Below, piece after piece: positions 54,151 to 64,000 of a stretch of 64,000 nt of DNA (position 1 is the first letter of the stretch; every line of letters starts with the position of its first letter). The stretch spans positions 64,001 through 128,000 of the forward strand of contig CAWJSK010000001.1 of assembly GCA_963845535.1 (NCBI GenBank). The letters are read 5' to 3'. The notes under the pieces are model-generated. The model was not told the DNA's origin, ran no database searches, and saw only the letters and a list, made by a program, of their open reading frames with translations. Source of the stretch: an uncultured Spirochaetota bacterium. GTDB lineage: Bacteria; Spirochaetota; Spirochaetia; SZUA-6; Fen-1364. Both the position numbers and the translations under genes were made by a program.

Positions 54151-55041
54151 CTACTCCGCAAAGACGACCAGATCGAGTCCGTCTATGACGTCTGGGTCGG
54201 CAATGAGGTTGATCTCGCTGATCTTTCCGTTCTCTATCCTGAAGGTAAAAACACCGAGCGGCTTGCCGCCTGCCATGGCGACACGTCCGGGCCTGCCGTT
54301 GACGAGAGCAAATAGGGCAGCTTCGGTACGGCGAACGCCGTCTTTAGCGCCTTCAGCAACAACGGCACTTCCGCGAACTTCCTCCTTGGCCCCGAGCCGG
54401 ACCCCCGCCTTGTCCGCGCGAAAGACCACATCCGGGTTCAGCAGCTCGAGGAGCGCCTGCAAGTCACCTTCGCGGGAAGCTGCAAGAAAAGCCCGCACGA
54501 TCTCCCGCTCCTTGGCAGCGTCGGCATTCGGGCTTGAAGGTACACCGCGCACGCGGCAGCGGGCGCGGCTTGCCAGTTGTCGTGCCGCGATTTCCGACCG
54601 GCCGACAAGAGCCGCAACCTCGCCGAAAGGAACATCGAACATGTCGTGCAGAACGTACGACACCCGCTCTGCGGGCGAAAGCTTTTCGAGCACGATGAGA
54701 AGCGCTGAGCCTATCTCCTCCGCAAGGAACGCCTCCCGCTCCGGATCCACCGTCGCCAAGCCACGCGCAAGGCCGTTTACTTCAAGGCCGACCAGGGTCC
54801 CCCGCCGCGTCGTTCGCGTCCGCAGCATGTCGATGCAAACACGGGAGGTGACGGTGGTCAACCACCCTTCGAAGTTCTCCAGGGTGCGCGGTCCTGGGCG
54901 CATGACCCTGAGCCAGGACTCCTGTACTGCATCGTCGGCCTCCGCGAGCGTTCCGAGCATTCTCAGCGCAAGCAGCCGCAGGCGCGGTCGATTCTCCTCG
55001 AACCTTTCTTCGAGCCAGATTTTTCGATCTGTGATTTCCAC
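54151..55041 (-). CDS. Second ECF41/SigJ-like sigma factor
   Basis: FEENRPRL..LALRMLG, ERVSYVLHDMF, RQLASRAR, LNPDVVFRAD. Confidence 0.9.
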   Translation of the reverse strand: MEITDRKIWLEERFEENRPRLRLLALRMLGTLAEADDAVQESWLRVMRPGPRTLENFEGWLTTVTSRVCIDMLRTRTTRRGTLVGLEVNGLARGLATVDPEREAFLAEEIGSALLIVLEKLSPAERVSYVLHDMFDVPFGEVAALVGRSEIAARQLASRARCRVRGVPSSPNADAAKEREIVRAFLAASREGDLQALLELLNPDVVFRADKAGVRLGAKEEVRGSAVVAEGAKDGVRRTEAALFALVNGRPGRVAMAGGKPLGVFTFRIENGKISEINLIADPDVIDGLDLVVFAE

Positions 55042-55042
55042 C

Positions 55043-55069
55043 TGTCACAATCCCCCTGTTGTATCCGTT
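55043..55069 (+). promoter_or_regulatory. ECF41-type promoter facing the SnoaL gene
   Basis: TGTCACA-N16-CGTT. Confidence 0.65.
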
Positions 55070-55258
55070 ATTTAGGTGTGACGAAAAAAACCACTCTCTG
55101 TCACAGGAGGAGCCTTTCATGAGCCCACAAACCATGCACGACCGCGTGGACTCCGACTCGGGCAAAACAAATATAACACCAAAAAGAAAGAGAGTTCGAA
55201 ATGTTCCGGAGTCAGGCTTGGCATTTCTGGTTGAGACCATAACGGAGGAGGACTGATA

Positions 55259-55702
55259 ATGGCTTCACAACACGCGGTTGACGAAGCTGGCATTCGGCAG
55301 CAAATCGACAGGTTGGTTGAGGCGATTCGCGCTGGGGATCTCGAGGGCTTAAAGCCGATGTACGCTCGGGACGTGGTGTCATTCGATGCCGGCGGACCGC
55401 CGCTGCAGCACGTGGGATCGGAAGCAAAATGGGGGAACTGGGCTTATGCCTTCAAAATGTTCCAGCCTCCCCTCGGTTATGAGGTTCGCAGCCTTGCGAT
55501 AGCTTTGGACGGTGACGTGGCATTCGCGCACAGCTTCAATCGGCTCAGCGGGACGTTGAAGACCGGGAACGGCGGCGGTTTCTGGGTTCGCGTGACGTAC
55601 TGCTTTCGGAAAATCGGCGGCAACTGGCTTATTGCGCACGACCACGTCTCAGCGCCTCTTGATGTGGAGACCGGCAAAGCGTCGCTGAATCTCGAACCTT
55701 AG
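55259..55702 (+). CDS. SnoaL-like/YybH (NTF2-fold) protein
   Basis: YARDVVSFD, VRVTYCFRK..GNWLIAHDHVSAP; SD GGAGG. Confidence 0.88.
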   Translation: MASQHAVDEAGIRQQIDRLVEAIRAGDLEGLKPMYARDVVSFDAGGPPLQHVGSEAKWGNWAYAFKMFQPPLGYEVRSLAIALDGDVAFAHSFNRLSGTLKTGNGGGFWVRVTYCFRKIGGNWLIAHDHVSAPLDVETGKASLNLEP

Positions 55703-55786
55703 CGGGCTCGGGCTCGCACTGGCGATGAAGACATGGAGTCAGCGTGGTTTTTTGATGCACAGACTATGAAATTTCAGGAGGATCAA

Positions 55787-56231
55787 TTGCCAGCACGCAA
55801 ATCGGATTCCGCCGTGACCCCGCAGGTCGCGCTCAAACTCAGGGCACGCGGTCAGCTTTCAGGGCTTCTTTCTCAACTCATTCTCGGTATGGCGGTCAAC
55901 CTCATCGGTGGGCCGAATCTGACTCCCGGCGCCGCGAAAATTGCCAGCCTCGATTTTCCTGATCCTGCATGTGATCATCGCGATCGGGCTCGTAGTCGGC
56001 GCGATTCTTGCCGCGGTCAACGCGAGACGGGCTGAACCGAAGCTCGCCCGACTTGGCTGGATCGGCTTGGCAGTGATCATCGTCACCTTTTCTGCAGGAG
56101 TGGTCACGTTGATCACGAACAGCGGCTGGTGGTCCTTCCTCATGGCCGCAGGCGCCACGGCGTCGCTCGTTATCTATGGGGTACTCTTCATGCGGCCGGC
56201 GCAAAGCACGGCGCAGATTGCTGCGGAATAA
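55787..56231 (+). CDS. Hypothetical 4-TM membrane protein, frameshift near 55950
   Basis: Two overlapping hydrophobic ORFs join; SD AGGAGG with TTG start. Confidence 0.6.
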
Positions 56232-56358
56232 GGTCCCTCGCAGGTGGCCGCTCCTCGCGGCCACCAATGCGGACCTTTTGCCAGATCAGCGTTAACGCAG
56301 GCTCTTCACGATCTGGGTGCGCGAGGGGCCGAGGACCCATGGGAGGTGACGGTTGGCC

Positions 56359-57591
56359 TCACGAGCCAGCGCCTCGCGCCACGCCGAGGTCGATTATCTC
56401 CTGCTCCACCCCGATGCCCGTCTCCTCGATTTCCCGCGCGAGGTTGCGCAGCTCCTGTGGCGCGTTCGCGTCAAGCAACGAAAGGCGTGCGGTTTGGGTC
56501 CTGTCAAGGGCAAAGCCATGCTTCGCGTAGCGGCGGTGCATCGCGGCGGTCATGAGCCAGGGGACAATAGGCACGGCCAGAGCCGCCTGAATCTCCTGGA
56601 GGATGAGGAGCCCGTCCGGATCCAGGTCTCCATAATGATACACGCAGGCGCCGGCGGCCACGCACCGATGAAGGAACGCCTTGACCGCGTCATTTGGATG
56701 GCCCCCGGTGTAGACCATCCCCGCGATGCCGGACGGGAGGGCGAAGGAGCGATCTTTCAGTCCGCCCGCCAGGACGTGGAAGGTTTCCTTGTTTTCCACG
56801 GAAAGGACCACTGTCGCGCTCGAGGCTGCTTTTCCCGCCGGCCCCTGTGCCTCAAGCGCTACGGCTTCGATCAACGCCACGCTCGCAACCGGAAGCGTAA
56901 GAATCTGGCCGTGGCAGAGCCAGGGATTGGCACAGCCGGTGAACGCAATCCGGCCGAACAGGGCCAGGCTGACGTCGGGATACGATCGTCCGAGGGCGAG
57001 CTTTTCGGAGATTGGGACTCTCCCCATCGAGCGTGAGAGACGGTCCGCAACGGGCATGAGCCGTTCCAGCCTCTTGCTGTCCGCATAGAGCCTGATGCTG
57101 AGAGCGCGGATGGGGCACACGGCTGCCTCCTGCGGCGTCAGTGAGAAAAGCCGGGCCAGGTCCGCCAGCTCGGCGGCATCCCGCACGGGGACAGGGTGGC
57201 CGGCGTGCAGCCGAGGCGCCAGATACGCCGCCAGCCCGGCCAACTCCCCGCCCTCCCACTCGGGCTCTGCAAGAAGCTCCAACATCTGCCGGGCAAGGGC
57301 TTCCGGTGATGGGACGCCCAATTCGTTGAATAAGGCTTGCGGGTCCTCGAGGTAAAGCGCCTCGAGGTCGTCGCCCTTGCGGAAGCGCTTCCACCGCGCC
57401 GAGAGAATCTTGGCGGACAGCAGCTCCTCTACCGCGTCCAGAAACTCGCTCTTGGCCGCGACATCTGTCATGATGCGCGGAAAAAGCTTCTCCCACCCGG
57501 ACTTGCGAAGTCTGCGGCCGCCCTTGTAGTAGGCGCTGGTGGGGTAGGATTCGGCGAACGCGGCCAGGATGCGCTTGGCCACCTCGGTCAT
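56359..57591 (-). CDS. jetD: Wadjet JetD toprim nuclease
   Basis: DSKRLE, VENKETF, YGDLDPDG, EQE; follows the SMC gene. Confidence 0.88.
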   Translation of the reverse strand: MTEVAKRILAAFAESYPTSAYYKGGRRLRKSGWEKLFPRIMTDVAAKSEFLDAVEELLSAKILSARWKRFRKGDDLEALYLEDPQALFNELGVPSPEALARQMLELLAEPEWEGGELAGLAAYLAPRLHAGHPVPVRDAAELADLARLFSLTPQEAAVCPIRALSIRLYADSKRLERLMPVADRLSRSMGRVPISEKLALGRSYPDVSLALFGRIAFTGCANPWLCHGQILTLPVASVALIEAVALEAQGPAGKAASSATVVLSVENKETFHVLAGGLKDRSFALPSGIAGMVYTGGHPNDAVKAFLHRCVAAGACVYHYGDLDPDGLLILQEIQAALAVPIVPWLMTAAMHRRYAKHGFALDRTQTARLSLLDANAPQELRNLAREIEETGIGVEQEIIDLGVARGAGS

Positions 57592-60500
57592 GGGGATGTC
57601 GCCTGCTCCAGGATGGCGTAGTCCCGGACGTACGCCTGATAGTTGCGCCGCAGGACCAGGTTTGTCCGGTCCATGTAGGGCGCAATGGATTCAATCTTCT
57701 CGGTCGGAACGGCAGTCACCACTTGCATGGCCAGCTTGCGGAAGAACGCGATCATGTGGCCGATGCGCTCATCATCCATCTTGTTGAACGCCTCGTCGAA
57801 CAGGACCAGGCGGATGGCGTTGGGAGAATCCTTGTAGAAGCGGAAGAAGCTTGCCGCAATTGCCACGTAATAGGGCGTCTGCGTTTCTCCGCCCGATTTC
57901 TCCCGCAGCACGCGCGACAGATACGATTCCAGCGCCTTGCCAGATTTCTCATCAAGCACGTCTGTGTGGCGGATGCGGATGTCGTAGACGAAATACTGGC
58001 GGTAATCGCAAATCTCGCGTACGGCAGGGTCATCCAGCTCATACGTAAGGACATCGCGGAAGAGTTTTTCTATGCTTTCCCGCTCCTCATCGCTTTTCAA
58101 CGCGGAGAAAAGCGTGCCGTCCAGGTCCTGGATCTCGGCCGCCGTGGAGATTGCGGAAAGGAGGCTGTGCTTCTCCGGGGCGCGGGAGATGGAGAAGCGA
58201 TACTGGTCCTTTCCGAATCGGATGGTCTCCAGGATATGGTTGATTTCCTTGAAGCTCTCCTCGGCCTCCATGAGATACTCGTTCAGCTTCGACACGAAGT
58301 GCTCGCGGAACTGCCGTTCGGCCTCCTCCCGTGCCCGGCTGATGCGGTCACGGTATTCGGGAAGCTCCGTCTCGCGATAGCGCGAAAGCCGCTCCGTGTA
58401 CTCGAGGGACTCGGTGTCCTCCAGGCCCATCATCTCGTTCCAGTCGTGGTTGTAGCGTTGTTTGGCGGCCCGCAGATCCGTCTGCGCGTTTTCCAGCCGC
58501 GTTTGCAGTCCCGCATAGGAGGACTCGTAGCGCCGGATCATCCCGCCGTAGTCGATGCGCCCCTCCGTCTGGCGGCGTTCGTTTCGCATGCGCTCTTCGT
58601 AGTAGGAGACAAGGTCCGCCTCGTTGGCCTGGTTGGCGCTGACAAACCCGGCAAGAACGGCGCCCCGCCGCTCCTGGTCCGCCTCCTCCCCCTGCAGCCG
58701 AATGCCAAGAGACTGCACCCTCTCGCGCGCCGAACCAATCTGCTCCCGCAAGGTCCCGATGGCCTGCTCGGCGCCGCGGATGCTTTCCGCCACCGCGGCT
58801 ATCTGCGTCTTGAGCGCGTCAAACGAGCTTGTGTCGATGGCGGCAATCTGGCGGTCCACCTCCTCAAACTGGGCGCGCGCCGTTCCGAGCCTCGATTCAG
58901 CGGAAGAGAGCTCCTCAATTGCAGGCAGTTGGCGCAGGACGCGGGAGAACATGTCGATGCGCTCCTGGGCTTCGCGCCTTGTCGTGAGGAGGGCCTCGAT
59001 CCGCCGGCCACGCTGGTCGATGTCCTCCCGAACCGTCTTCAGCCTGCGCTCTCTGGCCTCCTTGCCGATGTACCAGCGCTCGTACGTTTCCTTGCGTATG
59101 CGCGTCGCCGTGTGGGTGGAGTAGCGCATGCAGTCCGCCGTAATCGAACGATCAAAGCGCTTCAGGCTGGCGATGTCCGTGCGGATGACGTCTCCCATAA
59201 GGAAGGCGGCGTACCGGCGAGCGGCCGGGGTTTTTGCCTCCACCACCTCCGCCAACGAACCGGGGCGGACCTCCTCCTCATGAATCGCCGCCAGGTTTGG
59301 AAGTCCCACGCCCGCCGTCTTGGCCGGAAGGCCATTGTAAATCTCCAGCGCCTTTTGGAAGTCAGCCTCCGGCACAAGCACGTTGAACCTCTGGGTGTTG
59401 AGCCAACCTTCCACCGCGTTGTGCCACTGATCGTCGATTATCTGCAGCAGGTCCGCAAAGACCGCCGCGGGAATACCGGCCTTTTCCACCGCCTGCTTCA
59501 ATTCCATTGATGGTTCGGGGTAGCGCAGGATGCCGGCGGCAAGCTCCTTCTCCTCCGCGTACAATGCTCCCAGCTCGGTCTTGATCTGTGCGATTTCAAG
59601 GTCCGCTTCAACCCCCTGGCGCGTTGCCGTTTGCTGTTGGTTGGAGAGGGTTTCCGACTCCGCGGCAAGGTCAGACCCGAGCGGACGGCCCAGCATGGCC
59701 TGGCACTGGGATACGAGCAGACCGCGGCGCTCCACTCGCGATTTTTCCTCCGTCATGCGGTGCTCCAGGTCGTCGCGATCCCGGCGCAGACGCTCGTAGA
59801 GGCGATGTTGCTCGTTCTCCGCCAGGGCGAACTGGAGCTCCTGCCGCAGCGAATCCAGCCGGTCCTTTCGCTGCTGCTCCATCGAAAGGGCTTCTTCCGC
59901 GTTTGACTGCGCCGTGATTGTCTGTTCCAGCTCATGACGGGTCCCGGCAATCCTTGTGGTCTGTTCCTCCACAAGGAGCCTGATCCGGAGGTATTCCTGG
60001 CGCAGGATCTGCCGGGCAGCCTGCGTAACGGCGTCCGTGAGGGCGGCGATCTCCGTAAGCTGCTGGATACGCTGTTCCACGGCCAGCGCCTCCCGTTCCG
60101 CGGCCCGGTAGTTCTGCAGGTTCTCCTTCATGGCGCCCACGTCTACGTCGTGTTCTTCCAGAATGTAGTTGCAGACGAAATCATGGACGGAACTGAAGGG
60201 CGTGAAGCTCACGGATCTCACAACGGCTTCCAGATAGGGGTTGAAATCCACTCCGCGGCGGTGAACGCCCAACAGGTGGGTCAGGCGATTGTTGTACTCC
60301 CGCTTGGTGGCGCAGAGGTATCCGCCAAGTTGTTTGATGGAATCCCGGAAGACACGCGGGCTCAGGAATTGGCTCCCATCATATACCTTGACGTCTTCGA
60401 TCTTTCCGCCTTCCAAGAGCCATTCATGTTCCCGCGCATCCCCTTCGGTGAAGGCTTCCACCATGATGCCTGCGCAGAAGCAGCGCTCTCCGTCCGCAAA

Positions 60501-60788
60501 CTCCAGGATCACGTGGCTGATGCAATCCTTGCGGACATAGTCCAGTGAGTCAGCCCCAACCTTGCAGCGGCAGTAGCTTTCTATGGTGCGGGTTGCCTTG
60601 CGGTCGCTGGCCGCCGCGTTGAAGCGGATCTTGCCGACCTGGGCCACAAGAGCGTACTGGATTGCGTCTATGATCGTGGATTTGCCGCTGCCGTTGTCCC
60701 CCCCAAGAAGCGTCGCGGGACCAAGCTCGATCAGAGAGTCTGTGAAGTAGTGCCAGTTCACCAGCCTGGCCCGCCGCAAGATGAGCAT
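57588..60788 (-). CDS. jetC: Wadjet JetC SMC-like ATPase
   Basis: LVNW, Walker A GDNGSGKST, long coiled coil, KSGGE, Walker B LFDEAF. Confidence 0.92.
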   Translation of the reverse strand: MLILRRARLVNWHYFTDSLIELGPATLLGGDNGSGKSTIIDAIQYALVAQVGKIRFNAAASDRKATRTIESYCRCKVGADSLDYVRKDCISHVILEFADGERCFCAGIMVEAFTEGDAREHEWLLEGGKIEDVKVYDGSQFLSPRVFRDSIKQLGGYLCATKREYNNRLTHLLGVHRRGVDFNPYLEAVVRSVSFTPFSSVHDFVCNYILEEHDVDVGAMKENLQNYRAAEREALAVEQRIQQLTEIAALTDAVTQAARQILRQEYLRIRLLVEEQTTRIAGTRHELEQTITAQSNAEEALSMEQQRKDRLDSLRQELQFALAENEQHRLYERLRRDRDDLEHRMTEEKSRVERRGLLVSQCQAMLGRPLGSDLAAESETLSNQQQTATRQGVEADLEIAQIKTELGALYAEEKELAAGILRYPEPSMELKQAVEKAGIPAAVFADLLQIIDDQWHNAVEGWLNTQRFNVLVPEADFQKALEIYNGLPAKTAGVGLPNLAAIHEEEVRPGSLAEVVEAKTPAARRYAAFLMGDVIRTDIASLKRFDRSITADCMRYSTHTATRIRKETYERWYIGKEARERRLKTVREDIDQRGRRIEALLTTRREAQERIDMFSRVLRQLPAIEELSSAESRLGTARAQFEEVDRQIAAIDTSSFDALKTQIAAVAESIRGAEQAIGTLREQIGSARERVQSLGIRLQGEEADQERRGAVLAGFVSANQANEADLVSYYEERMRNERRQTEGRIDYGGMIRRYESSYAGLQTRLENAQTDLRAAKQRYNHDWNEMMGLEDTESLEYTERLSRYRETELPEYRDRISRAREEAERQFREHFVSKLNEYLMEAEESFKEINHILETIRFGKDQYRFSISRAPEKHSLLSAISTAAEIQDLDGTLFSALKSDEERESIEKLFRDVLTYELDDPAVREICDYRQYFVYDIRIRHTDVLDEKSGKALESYLSRVLREKSGGETQTPYYVAIAASFFRFYKDSPNAIRLVLFDEAFNKMDDERIGHMIAFFRKLAMQVVTAVPTEKIESIAPYMDRTNLVLRRNYQAYVRDYAILEQATSP

Positions 60789-61402
60789 CAGTCCTCCGCT
60801 TGCTCCCCGTCTTCGTTCTGACCCGCCTCTTCGCCCTGTCCCACACCTGCCGCCTCCTGGATCCGGGCAACGGCTTCCTCCACCGCCATCCCGTCCAGTG
60901 CAAAGGGTATGCTTGGATACAGGATGACCGTGGCCTCGGGGTCCGACTCGCTTCCCACAATACGGATGAGCCTCAAGGCCTGAAACCTGCGCAGCATGGC
61001 GAGGTAGCGGGTCTTCTTCCATGTGGCGTCCGCCAGGACCCGGTACTTCTCCACTATATCCTGCTGCCGCACGGTGCGCTCCCCGTGGAGGGAGATCTCC
61101 CCCGCTTTTTCCTCGAAGAGCAAACGCAGGATCAGGAGCAACAGGCTCTCGTCCTTGGACAGGCTGTGACGGGCCGAGGGCGGTCCCTGAAAGGCCACGA
61201 CGCCCAGCATCTCATCCCGCCTGAGGCCCCAACCTGCAACGGCGAGATACTTTTCCACCAGCGCGAAGTTGGACGTGACAAACCGATAGGAAGCCGCGTG
61301 ATGTTCAATGCCGCGCACAAGAAAGGTCTCCGTGAACAGCGTGGTGAGCGCCATGCGAAGCCGATCCCGTTCGGAGTCTGTCAGCTTCTCAAGCTCATCC
61401 AT
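60788..61402 (-). CDS. jetB: Wadjet JetB (DUF4194-like)
   Basis: ESLLLLILRLLFEEK, ILYPSI; translationally coupled between jetA and jetC. Confidence 0.85.
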   Translation of the reverse strand: MDELEKLTDSERDRLRMALTTLFTETFLVRGIEHHAASYRFVTSNFALVEKYLAVAGWGLRRDEMLGVVAFQGPPSARHSLSKDESLLLLILRLLFEEKAGEISLHGERTVRQQDIVEKYRVLADATWKKTRYLAMLRRFQALRLIRIVGSESDPEATVILYPSIPFALDGMAVEEAVARIQEAAGVGQGEEAGQNEDGEQAED

Positions 61403-62864
61403 TCGGATACCTTCTGACGAATCGGTGCGACCTGAAGCGGAAACGGTCCACGGTTACCATTTCCTCCTGCCAATCCACGGAAAACGGGAACGTCCCGTCC
61501 CTGGCCTCCGCGTAGTCCGCCGCGTAGATCAGCCGGACAAAGCTGTCCACGCCGTCCACCATGTCTTCCGCACTCCGTGCGGCGCCCGGTACGGGACAGA
61601 AGCTGGACAGGAACTCGGCCACTTTCGCGGGATTCAGCTGGTTGGTGATGCGCAAGCGCAGCTCCGCCGTCGCTATTTCGGCTTCCACGTCATTCTCGGT
61701 GTGCCGGGCAAGGCCGCTTTCCGCTACCTCGCGGGTCTGCCGCGTGTAGAGAGACTCCCGCGCCAGGTGGCGCAGTCGAAAGATGCGGTGTGCCAGACCG
61801 TCCGCGCTTCCCTCCGATTGATCCAACGACATGGCGCGAACGATGCGGGCGATCTTTCCCTGCAGGGAAGAATCCGCGTGGAGTTGGGTGCGAATCCGTT
61901 CCGTTGAGATGCGAGAATACCGGCGGTTTTTGTCGTCTATGCTCTCAAGGATGGGGTCTATGCTCTTCAGTTCGTCACGCATCTCAACCAACATCTCTCT
62001 GATCCGCTCCCTGCTGGATAAAACCGTGGCACGCTGAATGTTGGCAAGCTTCTCCGCAGTCCGGGCCATCCACGGCTCGTTCTTGAGAAAACCGCCGATT
62101 GCCCGTGAGATCCGCGGCCGGTATCGAGAGAGATTGTCTGATGTCTTCAAGCGCGTATACGCGCGGTCCACAACCTCGTGCATGTACACGTCGTAGTGGG
62201 CGTGAAGTATTTCCGGGATAGCCGCATTCAGCTTGAACATGTCCTGAACGTAGCTCTTGATATTCTGCTCCAGCACCTTGAGGGACTCCACCAGGAGGCG
62301 CGTGTGCCAGTGAGCGTTGAGAACCGCATGTTCCCCGTTGTCCCTGGCCGCGTCGCTGCACAGGGAGGAATAGACCGCCACGATGTGGCTTTCGTATTCC
62401 ACGGATGCGCCGCGCTCCACGGTATCCAGCGCCTCAAAAAAAGGACGCGCCTGAACACACAGGTTCACCACGCGGCTGAAGTCAAGCTGTTCCTCCTCCG
62501 CCATCCATCCGTAGGCGATGAGCTTGCGCAAGAAAAGGTTTGCCAGGCCGCGCGCATCCCGTCCTGACTGGCTTGGCGGCGTCACGACGCCGGATGTGTT
62601 TGGTGAGGTCGTCGTGGGCGTGCCGACCGAGGTACCGCCGGCAGGCCGCGCACCGAGGTCTTCTTCATCCTCAACCCGGTCAGAGGCGTCCAATCCCGTA
62701 AAGTACTCCGAAAACCGCGCCACCACCAGCTCACGTTCGACGCTGGACCTGTATTCAGTGAAAAGGCGATAGTACAACAACAGAAGGGCAGCGTAATGGC
62801 GGCGGTTTGGGGATGCCAACGGGATGAAGAAATACTCTGGCAGCCGTGAAAAGACGGATTCCAT
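61395..62864 (-). CDS. jetA: Wadjet JetA (DUF5716-like kleisin)
   Basis: FFIPLASPNR, LRKLIAYGW, LKTSDN; first gene of the four-gene SMC operon. Confidence 0.85.
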   Translation of the reverse strand: MESVFSRLPEYFFIPLASPNRRHYAALLLLYYRLFTEYRSSVERELVVARFSEYFTGLDASDRVEDEEDLGARPAGGTSVGTPTTTSPNTSGVVTPPSQSGRDARGLANLFLRKLIAYGWMAEEEQLDFSRVVNLCVQARPFFEALDTVERGASVEYESHIVAVYSSLCSDAARDNGEHAVLNAHWHTRLLVESLKVLEQNIKSYVQDMFKLNAAIPEILHAHYDVYMHEVVDRAYTRLKTSDNLSRYRPRISRAIGGFLKNEPWMARTAEKLANIQRATVLSSRERIREMLVEMRDELKSIDPILESIDDKNRRYSRISTERIRTQLHADSSLQGKIARIVRAMSLDQSEGSADGLAHRIFRLRHLARESLYTRQTREVAESGLARHTENDVEAEIATAELRLRITNQLNPAKVAEFLSSFCPVPGAARSAEDMVDGVDSFVRLIYAADYAEARDGTFPFSVDWQEEMVTVDRFRFRSHRFVRRYPNG

Positions 62865-62939
62865 TGATTACGTACAACCCATATCATATCTACCGCGAGA
62901 TTGGCAGAGGAGCCGGTAGGCCGCAGCACTTCTGAACAT

Positions 62940-63329
62940 CTAAATTACGCGGAGGCGCTCCGCGGTCTTTCGATAGCGTATTTTCTCATTTTCGAAATCC
63001 AGAATGATACGGCAGCTCTGGAGCGTCTTGGCCCCAATGATGACCTCCTCCGAACAATCGTCGAAAACCACGAACAAATCTGAAAACCGCGCCTCACTGT
63101 CATCGAATCGAAAAGTGAGATTGACGCAGTATTCTGTTGGAATGAGCTCGCCGGCGCGGGCTGTCTCGAAGACCCACTCCTCAGGGTCGGGAAGCAGAGA
63201 AAGCGGCTGGAGGGATTCTGCCAGATCTCTCCGTACAATCGAATAACTGGCGCAGCTGTCAAAGAGGGCCCTGCGGCGCTTGCGGCCCCTGGTCCCGATC
63301 AGCAGAATTTCCCTTTCGAGTACACTCAC
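62940..63329 (-). CDS. Retropepsin-like aspartic protease domain protein
   Basis: ALFDSCASYSIV (D[ST]G-like, with G replaced by C) and IIGAKTLQ; about 129 aa. Confidence 0.7.
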   Translation of the reverse strand: MSVLEREILLIGTRGRKRRRALFDSCASYSIVRRDLAESLQPLSLLPDPEEWVFETARAGELIPTEYCVNLTFRFDDSEARFSDLFVVFDDCSEEVIIGAKTLQSCRIILDFENEKIRYRKTAERLRVI

Positions 63330-63520
63330 GACGGCCTCGTGCCTTGGAATACAGGGGACTTTGAGCCGGTGCTTCACACTGACAATGGTAGGCAGAAGGG
63401 CAGCGGAGTCAAGTGATCGACCGCATAGCGCGAATGGTCCCGGTTGCCGACCAAGCTCCCGCAGTATACTGTAAGGCCGCAAATGTCAGTGAAACCAACG
63501 CAGCAAGGACAACGATCCAA

Positions 63521-64000
63521 ATGTCGAAGCTGACACTCAGCCAGCTTTCCAACCTTCTCTTTCGCGCGTGTGACGACTTGCGCGGCAATATGGATGCCTC
63601 GGAGTACAAAGAGTACATCTTCGGCATGCTCTTCCTGAAAAGGCTTTCCGACCTATTCGATCAGGAGCAAGAGCAGCTCAAGAGGAGGTTGCATGCGAAA
63701 GGCATGGCGCCTGCCAAAATCGCCAAGCAGATCGAGCAATCTGACATGTATACCTTCTTCGTCCCCGGGGACGCTCGATGGGCAAAGATCCGACACGTCA
63801 AAACAAACGTCGGATCGAAGCTCAACAAGGCCCTCGAAGCTCTTGAGGATGCCAATCCCGACACGTTGCAAGATGTGCTCAAGCACATCAATTTCAATAG
63901 GAAAATCGGCCAGAGGACGCTGGACGACGATACCTTGTCGAACTTCGTCCAGAACTTTGAAAAGATCCCTCTAAAGGACGAGAACTTCGAGTTCCCCGAT
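63521..64000 (+). CDS. hsdM: Type I restriction-modification methyltransferase, 3'-partial
   Basis: [32 protein letters not shown] (HsdM N-terminal domain). Confidence 0.93.
   Translation, partial: MSKLTLSQLSNLLFRACDDLRGNMDASEYKEYIFGMLFLKRLSDLFDQEQEQLKRRLHAKGMAPAKIAKQIEQSDMYTFFVPGDARWAKIRHVKTNVGSKLNKALEALEDANPDTLQDVLKHINFNRKIGQRTLDDDTLSNFVQNFEKIPLKDENFEFPD

Overview
High-GC window from a Spirochaetia-like bacterium. The assignment rests on 16S signatures (GCGCGTTTTAAGCATGC, GCAGCTAAGAATCTTCCGC), a groEL without groES, and an rRNA spacer carrying only tRNA-Ala. Bases 1-33 kb are core genome: FKBP PPIase, trpB2 behind a Trp leader-peptide attenuator, zwf-opcA-pgl, birA, groEL, yajC-secDF, tkt, T-box-controlled thrS, two CDP-alcohol phosphatidyltransferases and a complete 16S-tRNA(Ala)-23S-5S operon. 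Bases 34-42 kb hold a complete complex-I-like group 4 [NiFe]-hydrogenase operon. A 5'-truncated tRNA-Pro(CGG) at 42057-42119 looks like the att scar at the left edge of a genomic island. The island runs past the window end and carries TetR/SDR, a membrane LuxR regulator with a duplicated promoter box, a radical SAM-nitroreductase-GT2 operon, an IS91 remnant, two ECF41-like sigma modules, a DUF222-HNH nuclease, Wadjet jetABCD preceded by a retropepsin-like gene, and a type I R-M hsdM. The most striking item is an apparently cascaded two-terminator Trp attenuator upstream of a stand-alone trpB2. About nine single-base frameshifts, some in core genes, are most likely sequencing or assembly errors. 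All family calls are from motif recognition by eye; no searches were run.
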